Source: Phycisphaerales bacterium (lineage in GTDB: Bacteria; Planctomycetota; Phycisphaerae; Phycisphaerales; UBA5793). Taken from it: a DNA stretch of 64,000 bases. The notes below the pieces were generated by a model. It was not told where the DNA came from and ran no database searches. It saw only the letters and a program-made list of their open reading frames with translations. Of this stretch, positions 11,842-22,579 are shown piece by piece. The stretch spans positions 35,950 to 99,949 of the forward strand of contig JBGASM010000015.1 in NCBI GenBank assembly GCA_044229655.1, given 5' to 3'. Numbering within the stretch: the first letter of the stretch is position 1; every line of letters begins with the position of its first letter. Position numbers and translations under genes: made by a program.

Positions 11842-12675
11842 GTGAACCACGCGACCACTGCCTCTCTTCCGCCCGGTGATCTCGCCAGCCGACCTGTCGG
11901 CATGGAGTCCTTCTGGATTCCCTCAGGCCCTGAGTTCCTGGCCGCCTCCCTCGACCTTCCCGCCCTTCCGCCTCCCTGGCCCGTCGCTCTCTTGGTCCAC
12001 GGCTTTACCGCCAATCGCATCGGCCGGTCTTACTACTTCGTCGACTTGGGCCGTGCGCTCGCACGCCTTGGCGTCGCGTGCCTCCGCTTCGATCAGTCAG
12101 GCTGCGGCGAGTCCACCGGCGACCACACCGCTGTCAGCCTCCGCACCATTGAGCGCGACAGCCTCGCCGTGTACGACTTCCTTGCCCGCGACCCGCGCTT
12201 CGATACTTCGCGCCTCACACTCATCGGCGCGAGCATGGGCTCATTTGGCGCCCTCGCCGTCGACGCCCGGTTTGGGTCCCGTGGCCTGGCTCTGCTCGCC
12301 CCCGTCTTCGACCTGGGCGAACTCGTACGCGGCAAGACCGCCGGTCAGGATGTCGCCGCCGCCCTGCGCAACTTCGGCTTTGTCCCCTTCCGCGGCCTTC
12401 GCCTGGGCCCGACCTACTTCGAGAACATCGCCGCACTCAGCATGCCCGATCTCGTGCGCACCGGCCGCTCTCCCGCCCTCATCCTTCACACCCAGGAAGA
12501 TGAAACGGTTTCTCTCTCCCACGCGCAGCGCCTTTGCCAGGCTTTCCGCGCTGCCGGCCGGCATTGCGATATGCCCGACCTCCCCGGCTCCACCCACGAC
12601 TTTCACGAGGAACCCTGGCGCACCCAGTCCGCGACTGCGATCACCCGGTGGTTCTCGCGCTGTCTCGCCCTGTAG
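11842..12675 (+). CDS. Alpha/beta hydrolase
   Basis: 277 aa with GTG start. HGF oxyanion region (LLVHGFTANR), nucleophile elbow GASMGS, and C-terminal His (GSTHDF). Confidence 0.85.
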   Translation: MNHATTASLPPGDLASRPVGMESFWIPSGPEFLAASLDLPALPPPWPVALLVHGFTANRIGRSYYFVDLGRALARLGVACLRFDQSGCGESTGDHTAVSLRTIERDSLAVYDFLARDPRFDTSRLTLIGASMGSFGALAVDARFGSRGLALLAPVFDLGELVRGKTAGQDVAAALRNFGFVPFRGLRLGPTYFENIAALSMPDLVRTGRSPALILHTQEDETVSLSHAQRLCQAFRAAGRHCDMPDLPGSTHDFHEEPWRTQSATAITRWFSRCLAL

Positions 12676-12684
12676 ACCGGCGCC

Positions 12685-15030
12685 CTAGACCAGGCTCAGC
12701 AGTTTCCGGCCCACCCACTCCAGCGTGAGCAGCGCGCCCAGCACGATCAGCGTCAGCGGTGTGTCCCAGATCGACTCGGTGATGTCCGTCGGCGTTCGCA
12801 GAGTTCGGTTCGGCAGCAGTTCCGGCAAACGGTCAATCTGGCCCACAGGCACCACCGCCCCTCCCGTCGCCTCCGCCAGTTCCGCCAGCAGCGCATGATC
12901 CGCCGCCGCGAATCGCAGTTCATCATCCGGCCGCTCGACCGCAAATGGCGCAGACAGGTCTAATGCCGACAACAGCGGGTCGCGCACCTGCACCACGTAC
13001 TCGCCCGCCTCGTGCGGAATAAATGCCGCCGTGTAACGCCCCGGTGATTCGGCCGACGGCCTCAGTTCGATCTCCTGCACCACGCCGCGCTCCTCACCCG
13101 ATGCGCGGTCCCGACCGCTGATCTGCGCGACGATCCGCTGCGGCGCCGACTGCAGCATGATCGAATCCAGGATTCGCAGGTCCACCACCACCGGCTGCTC
13201 TGGCGCGCTGCGCCTCGGATCCACCGACAGCACCGCCGGCCGGCCCGAAACCGCCAGCCGATCCCGCCCCAGCATGCGGATCAGTTGCAGGTAGAACTGC
13301 TCCGGATACAACTCGCCCTGCCCGAAGCGCCAGCGCCAGATCTCGTCGGTCGCCACGAAAATTGACTGCCCCGCGCCGAAACGCATCCCTGCCACCAGCG
13401 GGTGCGCGCCCTCTCCACCCGCGCTCGGCAGCGTGTGCGCCAGCACCTCCGCTGTCGGCTTGAGGTCCGTCGTCTCAATCCTCAGCGCCCACCGCAGCGC
13501 CGTCCATCCCTGCCCCGGGTCCGACAGCAGCGGCCACGCATCTGCTCCGTCCTTGGTGATCTGCAGCACCCCCATTTGCTTCGCCAGCGCCGTCGGCGTC
13601 ATGACCGCCGCCTCTCCCAGCGGCGCAAAAGTAAGCGCGCCCGTCAGCGGGATCAGCGGCGCCAGCGCCGAGGTCGCAAACGACGCTGGATTGTCCCGTT
13701 CTCCTGCAATCCACATGAGCCCCGCCCCGCGCTGCGCCACGTGATTGGCGATGATCTCCAGTTGCCCCGGCCCGAAATACCCCGCCGCCACATCCCCCAG
13801 GATCACCACGTCGTACGGCTCCATCTCCTCCGCGGTCGCAGGCAGCCGCGTGATCGGCATGTTCCCCTCCTGCGCAAAGTCCCGGTCCGCAGACAGCAGA
13901 AACACACTCGAGTCGATAGACGCCTCACGCACCAGCAGATTCTTCAGGTACCGATACTCCCAGCGCGGATACCCGTCGATGTACAGGACCTTGAGCGGAC
14001 GCTCCACCAGGTCAACGGTCAACGCCGCGCTGTTGTTCGTCTCCACCAGGTCGGCCCCGCTTGGCTCAACTTCCACCGTCCAGTGCGCCGCTCCCGCCGC
14101 CGCCGGCGTCGCCACCAGCGTCACCAGCGCAGCGCTCTCGCTCGCAGCCCCAGCCTCAATGGCCGACCGCGCCAGTTCCTTCCCCGTGTCCGCGTCGCGC
14201 AGAACCACGTCACCTCCCGGCCACGCGCCCTCCGCCCCGCCGCTGCGCTCCAGCCGCACCACCACAGGAACCTTGTCATTCAGAAACGCCCGCGCCGGCG
14301 CATCCACCTGCGCCACTGCCAGATCCGCAATCGCCTGCTCCGAGCCCAGCGGAACCGCAAACACCTGGATCGCATCCGCACCCAGCCTCCGCAGCAGCGC
14401 TCGGTCCGGCGCCTCCGTCGTCCGCCCATCGGTGAAGATCACAACCCCGCTCACCGGCTTGCCTGACACCCGCGCCAGCGCTTGTTCAATCGCCGGCCCG
14501 ATCGCCGTCGCCGTCCCCGTCGCCTCGGGAATCGTCGGCATCCCCATGTCGTCTGTCGTCAGGTCAAAATCCCCCGCATCAAAACCCAACCACACCGTCT
14601 GATGCTGGGTGCGCACCTTTGCGAATGCCTCTGCCGCTCCCGCGATCGCATCCCGCATCTGCACATCGCGTGCTACGCGCCGGCCCGTCCCGGCTCCATC
14701 GCTCGCATCCGCCACCATCATCGACGCCGAGCGATCCAGCAGATACAGCACGTGGTCAGGCTCCACCGTCTCCTGCGGCACTACCAATTGCGGCCCGCAT
14801 GCCAGGAGCGCCAGCCCGAACAGAATCGCCGCCCGCGCCGTCGCCGCCGCGCCGCGGCCGATCCTGCTTCCCACGAGTCCTGAGTACGACCACAGCGCCA
14901 GCAGCGCGGTGAAGAAAAATATCGCCAAGATGATCCACGGCGCCGGCGCACGCTCCCAGCCCAGTCGGATCGTGTCCGCGCTCGCAGGAATCCGCTCCAG
15001 ATCCAGCAGCCATCGCCACATTTCGCTCAT
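12685..15030 (-). CDS. Membrane-anchored VWA-domain protein (last gene of Bat-like operon)
   Basis: 781 aa from ATG 15030, which overlaps the upstream stop as ATGA. N-terminal TM segment, and a MIDAS-like DRSASM followed by a VWA-like segment ending IFTDGRTTE. The track extension to 15237 is Gly/Ala/Arg-rich and overlaps the BatA gene. Confidence 0.85.
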   Translation of the reverse strand: MSEMWRWLLDLERIPASADTIRLGWERAPAPWIILAIFFFTALLALWSYSGLVGSRIGRGAAATARAAILFGLALLACGPQLVVPQETVEPDHVLYLLDRSASMMVADASDGAGTGRRVARDVQMRDAIAGAAEAFAKVRTQHQTVWLGFDAGDFDLTTDDMGMPTIPEATGTATAIGPAIEQALARVSGKPVSGVVIFTDGRTTEAPDRALLRRLGADAIQVFAVPLGSEQAIADLAVAQVDAPARAFLNDKVPVVVRLERSGGAEGAWPGGDVVLRDADTGKELARSAIEAGAASESAALVTLVATPAAAGAAHWTVEVEPSGADLVETNNSAALTVDLVERPLKVLYIDGYPRWEYRYLKNLLVREASIDSSVFLLSADRDFAQEGNMPITRLPATAEEMEPYDVVILGDVAAGYFGPGQLEIIANHVAQRGAGLMWIAGERDNPASFATSALAPLIPLTGALTFAPLGEAAVMTPTALAKQMGVLQITKDGADAWPLLSDPGQGWTALRWALRIETTDLKPTAEVLAHTLPSAGGEGAHPLVAGMRFGAGQSIFVATDEIWRWRFGQGELYPEQFYLQLIRMLGRDRLAVSGRPAVLSVDPRRSAPEQPVVVDLRILDSIMLQSAPQRIVAQISGRDRASGEERGVVQEIELRPSAESPGRYTAAFIPHEAGEYVVQVRDPLLSALDLSAPFAVERPDDELRFAAADHALLAELAEATGGAVVPVGQIDRLPELLPNRTLRTPTDITESIWDTPLTLIVLGALLTLEWVGRKLLSLV

Positions 15031-17345
15031 GGCGCTGCCTCCTGCGGCTCCCGCACAACGTCGCGCCCGCTCCGCCGTCCGCCCCGGTCCGCGGCCTCTG
15101 CCCTCGGCGTCAGGATCGTCAGCAAACCGTGATCCGTCGCCGCCGGATCCAGGTCCGACCGCTTCGCATGGCTGAACCACCTCGCCAGCGCCGTCTCCAG
15201 CAGCGCGCACCCCGCCGCCACCAGCAGCAGCAACCACCCCACATCATCCGCCGTGTCTGTGCTCGCCAGCACCATCGCCGGCTTGACCTCATCCTTGATC
15301 CACTCCCACGCGCCTGCCGCACGCAGCCACTGCTCCACCACCGCAGGCGATTGCACGTCCGTTCTTCCCGCTTGCGGATCGACATTGCTCGTCAGAAGCG
15401 CCGTTGTCTGCCCCACGCTGTCCACCGCCGCCAGCACGCCCGCTTTCTCCACCGCTCGCGCCGGCCGCATGAGATTCCCCTCCTGCCGCAGCGCAATCAC
15501 CACCCCGTCTGTGCCTTTGATCTGCGTCGTCCCTGTCGGCAGCGACAATGCGGGCCGCTCCCCCGGCCGCATTTCCACGCTTTGCCGCGCCAGCCCCGCG
15601 CCCTGCCGGACGACCTCCTGCGCCAGCGCCACCATCATCGGCTTGGCCGGCAGCGTCGTCCACTCCAGGTTCAGCGCGGTTGCAAGGTACACCACCGCCC
15701 CCGGCGCTCCCTCAGCCCCCGTCACCGCCAGCAATCCTGTCCCATCCTCCAGCGCCAGCGCTGTGCTGCCCCGCTCCGCGCCTCGCGCGATCGGCAATAC
15801 TTTCGCGATCCGCACCGGCCTCGTCAACTCGGGAATCTCCGCCCCGATCACGCGCAGTAAGTCCGACTCATCCTGCCTCGCCGCCAGCCCCATCCCTCCC
15901 CCCTCAGCGCCCCCGATCGACCTGACCTCCCGCTCCCATCGCCACGCCAGCCGCAGGATTTCGCTCGCCTTGTCCGCCCATAGCGCGACGCTCTCCTGCG
16001 CCGGCGGCATGATCCACAGCAGTCCCCCCCGCTCCAGGTGCCGTCGCAAACTCGCCCACCCCGCGTCCGAAACCAGGTCAGGCCGCACCAGCGCCAATAC
16101 ATCCATCCCACGCAGCACGCCGTCCTCGACCCCCGCCGGATCAATGTCCTCAACTGCGATCCCTCCGCTGGACTCCCCCGCTTCTCCGCCTGGATTCAGC
16201 GCCCGCCGTAGCCACGCGCCCCCGCTGTATGCATCCGCTGCGCCCGCGCCTCCGAATTCGCGCCGGTCGATGATCCCCACCCGAATCTCCGTTCGCGTTT
16301 CGATGAGCGCCCGCCGCGCATTGTCGCTCGCCAGCCCGTCCTCATCGATTCTCGCCGTCAGAATCACTCCGCGCGCCGTCGCCTCGCCGACATCCAGCGT
16401 CAGTGATGACCGCGCTTCTGTCTGCCCTGCCGCCCAGGCGATTGTCCCCGTGGCCGTACTGATCGCCCCCGGTTCCGCGCTGAGTCGCAACGTCGTCACC
16501 CCCGGCTTCGACACATCCCCTGTCCGCCGCAGCGTCACATTCACACGCCCCGACACATCGTCCGTCCCACCCTCGCCCCCCGACACCGTAACCGCGCGCA
16601 GCGGCGTCACACTCACGATCTGCACATTCGCCGCTTGCTCCTGAGCGGGACTTGTCGCCAGCAGCACCGGCGCCGGCCCGCCGTTTTCCAACACGACGGT
16701 GAGCGCCTGCTCGGTTGGAAGTGATCCAAGCCTGAAATCACTCAAGAGGTACACGATCGCCCCGCCAACTGCGCTCTCTGCCGCCCGCAGCCCCTCTGCC
16801 GTCCGCGCCAGTCCTTCCGCGACATTGGTCGGGGCATCGGACACGCCAACCCCGTCCAGCGCTCTCACCACCGCCGCGTGATCTATCGACGCCGTCGCCA
16901 CCGGCCCTTCCACCGGCTCCGCAAGCGCAATCAGCCCCACCCGGTCCGCCGGACTCAGCGCATCGATGATCTCGCGGGCCGCCGCCTTGTGCCGGTCCAG
17001 TGCGGTCTCAGGCCTCCCGCTCCCATCCTGCAGTCCCGACACCAGCCCGTTATCGATGAGAATGTAAACCCGCCGCGCGCCCGCAAAGTCCTGGAACGGA
17101 CCCGCAGTCATCAGCGGCCGCGCCGCCGCCAGCCCGAGCAATCCCACGATCAGGCATCGCAGTGCCAGCAGCAGCCACTGCTCCAGCCTCATCCTGCTCC
17201 GTGCTTTCTGATACGCCTCCAGCAGGAACCGCATCGCTCCCCACTTCACCGGCTTCCGGCGCTGCCGGAACAGGATGTGAATCAGGATCGGAATCCCGAT
17301 CATCGCCCCGCCCGCGATCGCCAGTGCCCCGTGCAGGAACGTCAT
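15027..17345 (-). CDS. BatA-domain membrane protein
   Basis: 772 aa. The N-terminus MTFLHGALAIAGGAMIGIPILIHILFRQRRKPVKWGAMRFL matches the N-terminal double-TM aerotolerance (BatA) signature. Its start overlaps the DUF58 stop (ATGA at 17342-17345). Confidence 0.85.
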   Translation of the reverse strand: MTFLHGALAIAGGAMIGIPILIHILFRQRRKPVKWGAMRFLLEAYQKARSRMRLEQWLLLALRCLIVGLLGLAAARPLMTAGPFQDFAGARRVYILIDNGLVSGLQDGSGRPETALDRHKAAAREIIDALSPADRVGLIALAEPVEGPVATASIDHAAVVRALDGVGVSDAPTNVAEGLARTAEGLRAAESAVGGAIVYLLSDFRLGSLPTEQALTVVLENGGPAPVLLATSPAQEQAANVQIVSVTPLRAVTVSGGEGGTDDVSGRVNVTLRRTGDVSKPGVTTLRLSAEPGAISTATGTIAWAAGQTEARSSLTLDVGEATARGVILTARIDEDGLASDNARRALIETRTEIRVGIIDRREFGGAGAADAYSGGAWLRRALNPGGEAGESSGGIAVEDIDPAGVEDGVLRGMDVLALVRPDLVSDAGWASLRRHLERGGLLWIMPPAQESVALWADKASEILRLAWRWEREVRSIGGAEGGGMGLAARQDESDLLRVIGAEIPELTRPVRIAKVLPIARGAERGSTALALEDGTGLLAVTGAEGAPGAVVYLATALNLEWTTLPAKPMMVALAQEVVRQGAGLARQSVEMRPGERPALSLPTGTTQIKGTDGVVIALRQEGNLMRPARAVEKAGVLAAVDSVGQTTALLTSNVDPQAGRTDVQSPAVVEQWLRAAGAWEWIKDEVKPAMVLASTDTADDVGWLLLLVAAGCALLETALARWFSHAKRSDLDPAATDHGLLTILTPRAEAADRGGRRSGRDVVREPQEAAP

Positions 17346-18295
17346 CCCAGCCTCCCCTTCGTCCGCCCGCTCGCATTCCGCCGCGCCAGAAAATACGACA
17401 GTGCGGGCCCCAGCGACTCGTGCGAGTCGAACCGCGCGTAATCAAATCCGAATCCGCGCGCCAGGTGCTGGATCTTCCGGCAGTGTCCCTCGATCGCCTC
17501 CAGATACGCCTTTCGCAGCGCACGTGGATCCAGCCGCAACATCCCCTCACTCTCAAACCCCTCAAACGGCGCCGGCGTCCGGAAATCAAACCGCAGTTCT
17601 TCCCGGTCCAGCACCTGCAGCACCAGCAGGTCATGCCCTCGGTGCCGCAACCGTGCAAATCCCGCGCGGATCGACTCGATGTCGTCAAACAGATCCGAGA
17701 TGAGCACCACCACCGCCCGGTTGTGCAGTCGCGTGAGCAGCCCGTCAATCCCCTTGCCGATCCGCGTCGGTTTATCCGACGGCCTCTGCGCCGCCAGCGT
17801 GGCCACGATCTGCCGCCAGTGCGTCATGGCGCTTGAACGCGTGACCGCGCCCGACACATTCTCAGAAAATATGGAAAGCCCGACTCTGTCCTGCTGATGC
17901 AACGCCAGGTACGACAGTGCCGCCGCCAACGTGATCGCGTAGTCGAACTTCGTCCAGACGCTTCGCCCCGTCTCCGTGTTCTTGGCTGCCAGCGACCCAT
18001 ACCCCATCGACCCCGACGCGTCCACCAGCAGCAGCACGTCGAGGTTCGTCTCTTGCTCGAATTGCTTGATGTGCAGTTTGTCCGACCGCCCGAACACCTT
18101 CCAGTCCAGGTGCCGCAGGTCATCCCCTTGCACATACTGGCGGTGCTGCGCAAATTCCACCGAAAAACCGAAATAGGGGGACTTGTGCAGACCTGAGCGG
18201 ATTCCCTCCACCACCATCCGCGCCCGCAGCTCAAACGCTCCCAGCCGCGCCAACGCCGCCGGATCAAGATATGCGTCTGCGTTGACCGTACTCAC
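17342..18295 (-). CDS. DUF58-domain protein
   Basis: 317 aa. It has the hallmark segment HRQYVQGDDLRHLDWKVFGRSDKLHIKQFE and lies directly downstream of MoxR. Confidence 0.9.
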   Translation of the reverse strand: MSTVNADAYLDPAALARLGAFELRARMVVEGIRSGLHKSPYFGFSVEFAQHRQYVQGDDLRHLDWKVFGRSDKLHIKQFEQETNLDVLLLVDASGSMGYGSLAAKNTETGRSVWTKFDYAITLAAALSYLALHQQDRVGLSIFSENVSGAVTRSSAMTHWRQIVATLAAQRPSDKPTRIGKGIDGLLTRLHNRAVVVLISDLFDDIESIRAGFARLRHRGHDLLVLQVLDREELRFDFRTPAPFEGFESEGMLRLDPRALRKAYLEAIEGHCRKIQHLARGFGFDYARFDSHESLGPALSYFLARRNASGRTKGRLG

Positions 18296-18349
18296 GTGCT
18301 CGACTCCTGCGCTCTCTCCCCGTGCCCTCCCCGCACCTCTCGCCCGCCC

Positions 18350-19444
<1,095 letters not shown>

Positions 19445-19580
19445 GGTGGAATGAACCTGTCGCTGGCTGCACTCGTATTTGTCTAAGCATCGGTTCCCGA
19501 TGCCATTTCCCGCTTTCCGCTGCTCTCGCGCGAGTATAGTCATCGGCCGGATTGACCTGCTGGCCGCATCGCACGATTCG

Positions 19581-20063
19581 ATGTTCTCTCCGCTGCTCCA
19601 ATCTCGCATCGCCCTCGCCTTGGCCGTGCTCTTGCTGTGCGCCAGCCCGGCTTGGTGCTGCTGTGCCGCACGGCATGCCCCCCCCGCGCCGGCCTCTGCA
19701 ACCTCCCCCGACACCGACGATCCCCACGCCTGTTGCCGACCCGATCCAGTACAATCCTCCCAGCCAACTCTCCCCGTCAGCCAGGATGATCACTCTTCTG
19801 AGTCAGACTGCCCATGCGGCGGGCATGACCGCGCACAGAACACAACACCCGCCCTGCACCCCGCTGCCGAAGTGCAGCCGCTCCACCTTGAGCGATCACT
19901 TCTTGCGTCCGCCCCGCCTTTGGCCCATGCTGCGGTATTGATGCACTCCGCCGATATCGCCACCCTCAAGTCGCGCCTCAGCCCTTGGGCTCAGCACGGG
20001 TCGGGAATGACCCCCTCATGGACAGGGACACTGCGCGCCCAGTCCGTCCTCTGGCTGATCTAG
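19581..20063 (+). CDS. Hypothetical small secreted Cys/His-rich protein (possible metal-binding)
   Basis: 160 aa from ATG 19581. Signal-like MFSPLLQSRIALALAVLLLCASPAWCCC, then the HACC and CPCGGH motifs. Codon bias is native. It sits at the head of the copper module. Coding status is not proven. Confidence 0.35.
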   Translation: MFSPLLQSRIALALAVLLLCASPAWCCCAARHAPPAPASATSPDTDDPHACCRPDPVQSSQPTLPVSQDDHSSESDCPCGGHDRAQNTTPALHPAAEVQPLHLERSLLASAPPLAHAAVLMHSADIATLKSRLSPWAQHGSGMTPSWTGTLRAQSVLWLI

Positions 20064-20209
20064 TCAGCCCCTCTTCACATCACTCACACTCCGCGTTGCG
20101 CTGCGCACCCGGTCTTGGCCCGTTGCGCCCCCAGCGCACCTCTTTCCCCCTTCCTTCGATTCCCTTCCTCTGTCTTTCTCATCTCATTCATCACAAGGAG
20201 TCTCGTCTC

Positions 20210-20956
20210 ATGTATCGTGCACCTCACCATCTCTGCCTCATCGCCTCCGCCCTCTGCCTTTGGGCCACGGGCGCCTCAGCCCTTGCCCAGCATGAATCCC
20301 ATCAGGATCACGGCAAACAGGCCGAAAAACACGACGAGCACGGCCAGGACCATGCCGACCACGCCGCTGCCTGGACCACCGATCCCTACCCCTTGGACAC
20401 CTGCGCCGTCACAGGCGAAAAACTCGGCGATAAGCCCGTCGTCAAAATCGAGTCCGGCCGCGAAATCAAGTTCTGCTGCAACGATTGCGTCAAGACTTTC
20501 GAGGGCGAACCCGCCAAGTACACTGAAGCGCTCGACAAGAAGATCGTTGCCCAGCAACTCCAGTATTACCCCCTCGAGACGTGCGTCAGCTCCGGCGAAA
20601 AACTCGGATCCATGGGCGAACCCGTGAACAAGGTCTACGGCAATCGCCTCGTCCGCTTCTGCTGCAATTCCTGCGCCAAGGAGTTCGCCAAGGACCCCGC
20701 CGCCGGTATTGCCAAACTCGATAAGGCCGTCATCGAGAGGCAGTCCGCCGCCTACACGCTCTCCGATTGCCCTGTCTCAGGCCATGCCGTCAGTCACGAC
20801 GGCAAGCCGATCGTCGCGGTCTTCGGCAACCGCATGGTCAAGTTCTGCTGCCAGGACTGTGTCGCCGAATTCAAGGCCGACCCCGTCAAGTACTTCGCCA
20901 AACTCGATGAGATGCTCAAAGCCGCACCCGCTGAGAAGAAACAAGGCGGCGGCTGA
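20210..20956 (+). CDS. Secreted protein with His-rich N-terminus and three tandem YHS/TRASH-like Cys domains
   Basis: 248 aa from ATG 20210, with AAGGAG 10 nt upstream. Signal peptide, then HESHQDHGKQAEKHDEHGQDHADH. Three repeats of about 62 aa follow, each with C-x(20-24)-F-C-C-x2-C...F-x3-P-x-K-Y. Confidence 0.85.
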   Translation: MYRAPHHLCLIASALCLWATGASALAQHESHQDHGKQAEKHDEHGQDHADHAAAWTTDPYPLDTCAVTGEKLGDKPVVKIESGREIKFCCNDCVKTFEGEPAKYTEALDKKIVAQQLQYYPLETCVSSGEKLGSMGEPVNKVYGNRLVRFCCNSCAKEFAKDPAAGIAKLDKAVIERQSAAYTLSDCPVSGHAVSHDGKPIVAVFGNRMVKFCCQDCVAEFKADPVKYFAKLDEMLKAAPAEKKQGGG

Positions 20957-21041
20957 TTTTCCTCGTGCAGATATTCCCTCTCCCGGCGTGAAGGCCTGAC
21001 CGCTTTCACGCCGCTTCCCCTCCCTTCCGGAGTTCGCGTCC

Positions 21042-22565
21042 ATGATCTGCCGCACCCGCCCGCTCTTGCTCCTCTTCGTTTTTGCCTCCCTGTTTGCCCT
21101 CTCCGCCTGCGGTCCATCCCCTCAGTCCATTGACTCCGCCCGCGCTGAGGTCTCGGCCGAGATCTCTTCCCGTCTTGGCGCTCCCCTGGCATGGGATCAG
21201 GGTCTTCCCGCAGACTCCGCGGTCGCCGACCGCGTCGCCGCCCTCGCCTCCGACGGCCTCTCCGATGACGATGCCGTCCGCATCGCGCTGCTCCGCAATC
21301 CCGACGCTCTCGCCCAGTACGAGCAGCTCAGCGTCTCCCAGTCCGATCTCGTCGCCGCAGGCCTTCTCTCCAATCCCATCCTCGACCTCAGCGTCCGCTT
21401 CCCCGATGGCGGAGGCGGCACCAACTTCGAGGCCGGCATAGTCCAGTCCTTCATGGACCTCTTCTCCCTTGCCTCACGACGCCGCATCGCCGCCGCCGAC
21501 TTCGATGCGGCCAAACTCGACGTCGAGTCCTCTCTCATCAACCTCGCTTCCTCCGTCCGCCGCGCCTGCATTCTCTATCGCGCTGCCGACGCCCAACGCT
21601 CTCTCGCCGCTGAACACGCCGAACTCGCCTCCGCATCCGCCGACCTCGCTCAGGCCCTTCATGCCGCAGGCAACCTCAGCGCCTTCGACCTGGGCCTCCA
21701 CACCGCCGAGGAAGCCCACGCCCTGGCCGAGGCCCGCGCTGCCAACCTCGCCCTCCACGAGGCCCGCACTTCTCTCGCTCGCCTCTTGGGCCGCCCCGAT
21801 CTACCTCCCGACTGGTCTCTCACTCCCGATTCCGCAGATGCTCTGCCCGACCGCGAACTTTCCCTCGAATCAGCCCATGCCTTCGCGCTTCAGCGCCACC
21901 CTGAACTCGCCGCCGCTCGCGCGCTCCTCGCCGCCGATCAGTCCCGCCTCGGTCTCGCTGAAAATCAGCCGCTTGACGACTTTGCCGTTGGCGTCGACAC
22001 CGAGCGCGACACCGACGGGACCTGGCTCACCGGCCCCAACATCGAGATCCCGCTTCCCATCTTCGGATCTCAGCAGGCCCGGCGCGCCCAACTTGCGGCC
22101 CTCTTTCGCCAGCGCACCCGTACTACCGACGCCCTCGCCGCCGACGTGCTCACCGAGGTCGACCTCGCTCATGCCCACCTCCTCGCCGCCCGCGCCTCCC
22201 TCCGCGCTGAAATCCTGCACATGTCATTGGCCTCTTCCGCGAATCTCGACATGCAACTCGCACGCGTCAATGCCATGGCCGCCGGCGCCTTCGACCTGAT
22301 CGAGGCAAAACACGCCGAAATCGAAGCCCGCCAGCGCCTCGCCGAAACCCGACGCGACTACCTCCTCGCGCGCGCCGATCTCGCCTCCGCACTCGGCGGT
22401 GCCTTCCCGCCTCCGACCGAGGGACGCTGGCTCTCCGACTCCGAACTCTTCGCCCAGGACCCCGCCGCAGCCGCCCTCGTGCAGCGCCTCAACCTCCTCC
22501 AGTCCGAGATCACCTCCACCTCCCCCGCGCCCGATGCGCCGCACGAACATCAACACCACCACTAA
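21042..22565 (+). CDS. TolC-family outer-membrane efflux protein (lipoprotein), His-rich C-terminus
   Basis: 507 aa. Lipobox LFALSAC, long Ala/Leu-rich helical repeats typical of outer membrane factor proteins, and C-terminal PHEHQHHH. Confidence 0.8.
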   Translation: MICRTRPLLLLFVFASLFALSACGPSPQSIDSARAEVSAEISSRLGAPLAWDQGLPADSAVADRVAALASDGLSDDDAVRIALLRNPDALAQYEQLSVSQSDLVAAGLLSNPILDLSVRFPDGGGGTNFEAGIVQSFMDLFSLASRRRIAAADFDAAKLDVESSLINLASSVRRACILYRAADAQRSLAAEHAELASASADLAQALHAAGNLSAFDLGLHTAEEAHALAEARAANLALHEARTSLARLLGRPDLPPDWSLTPDSADALPDRELSLESAHAFALQRHPELAAARALLAADQSRLGLAENQPLDDFAVGVDTERDTDGTWLTGPNIEIPLPIFGSQQARRAQLAALFRQRTRTTDALAADVLTEVDLAHAHLLAARASLRAEILHMSLASSANLDMQLARVNAMAAGAFDLIEAKHAEIEARQRLAETRRDYLLARADLASALGGAFPPPTEGRWLSDSELFAQDPAAAALVQRLNLLQSEITSTSPAPDAPHEHQHHH

Positions 22566-22579
22566 GACCCAATCACGCC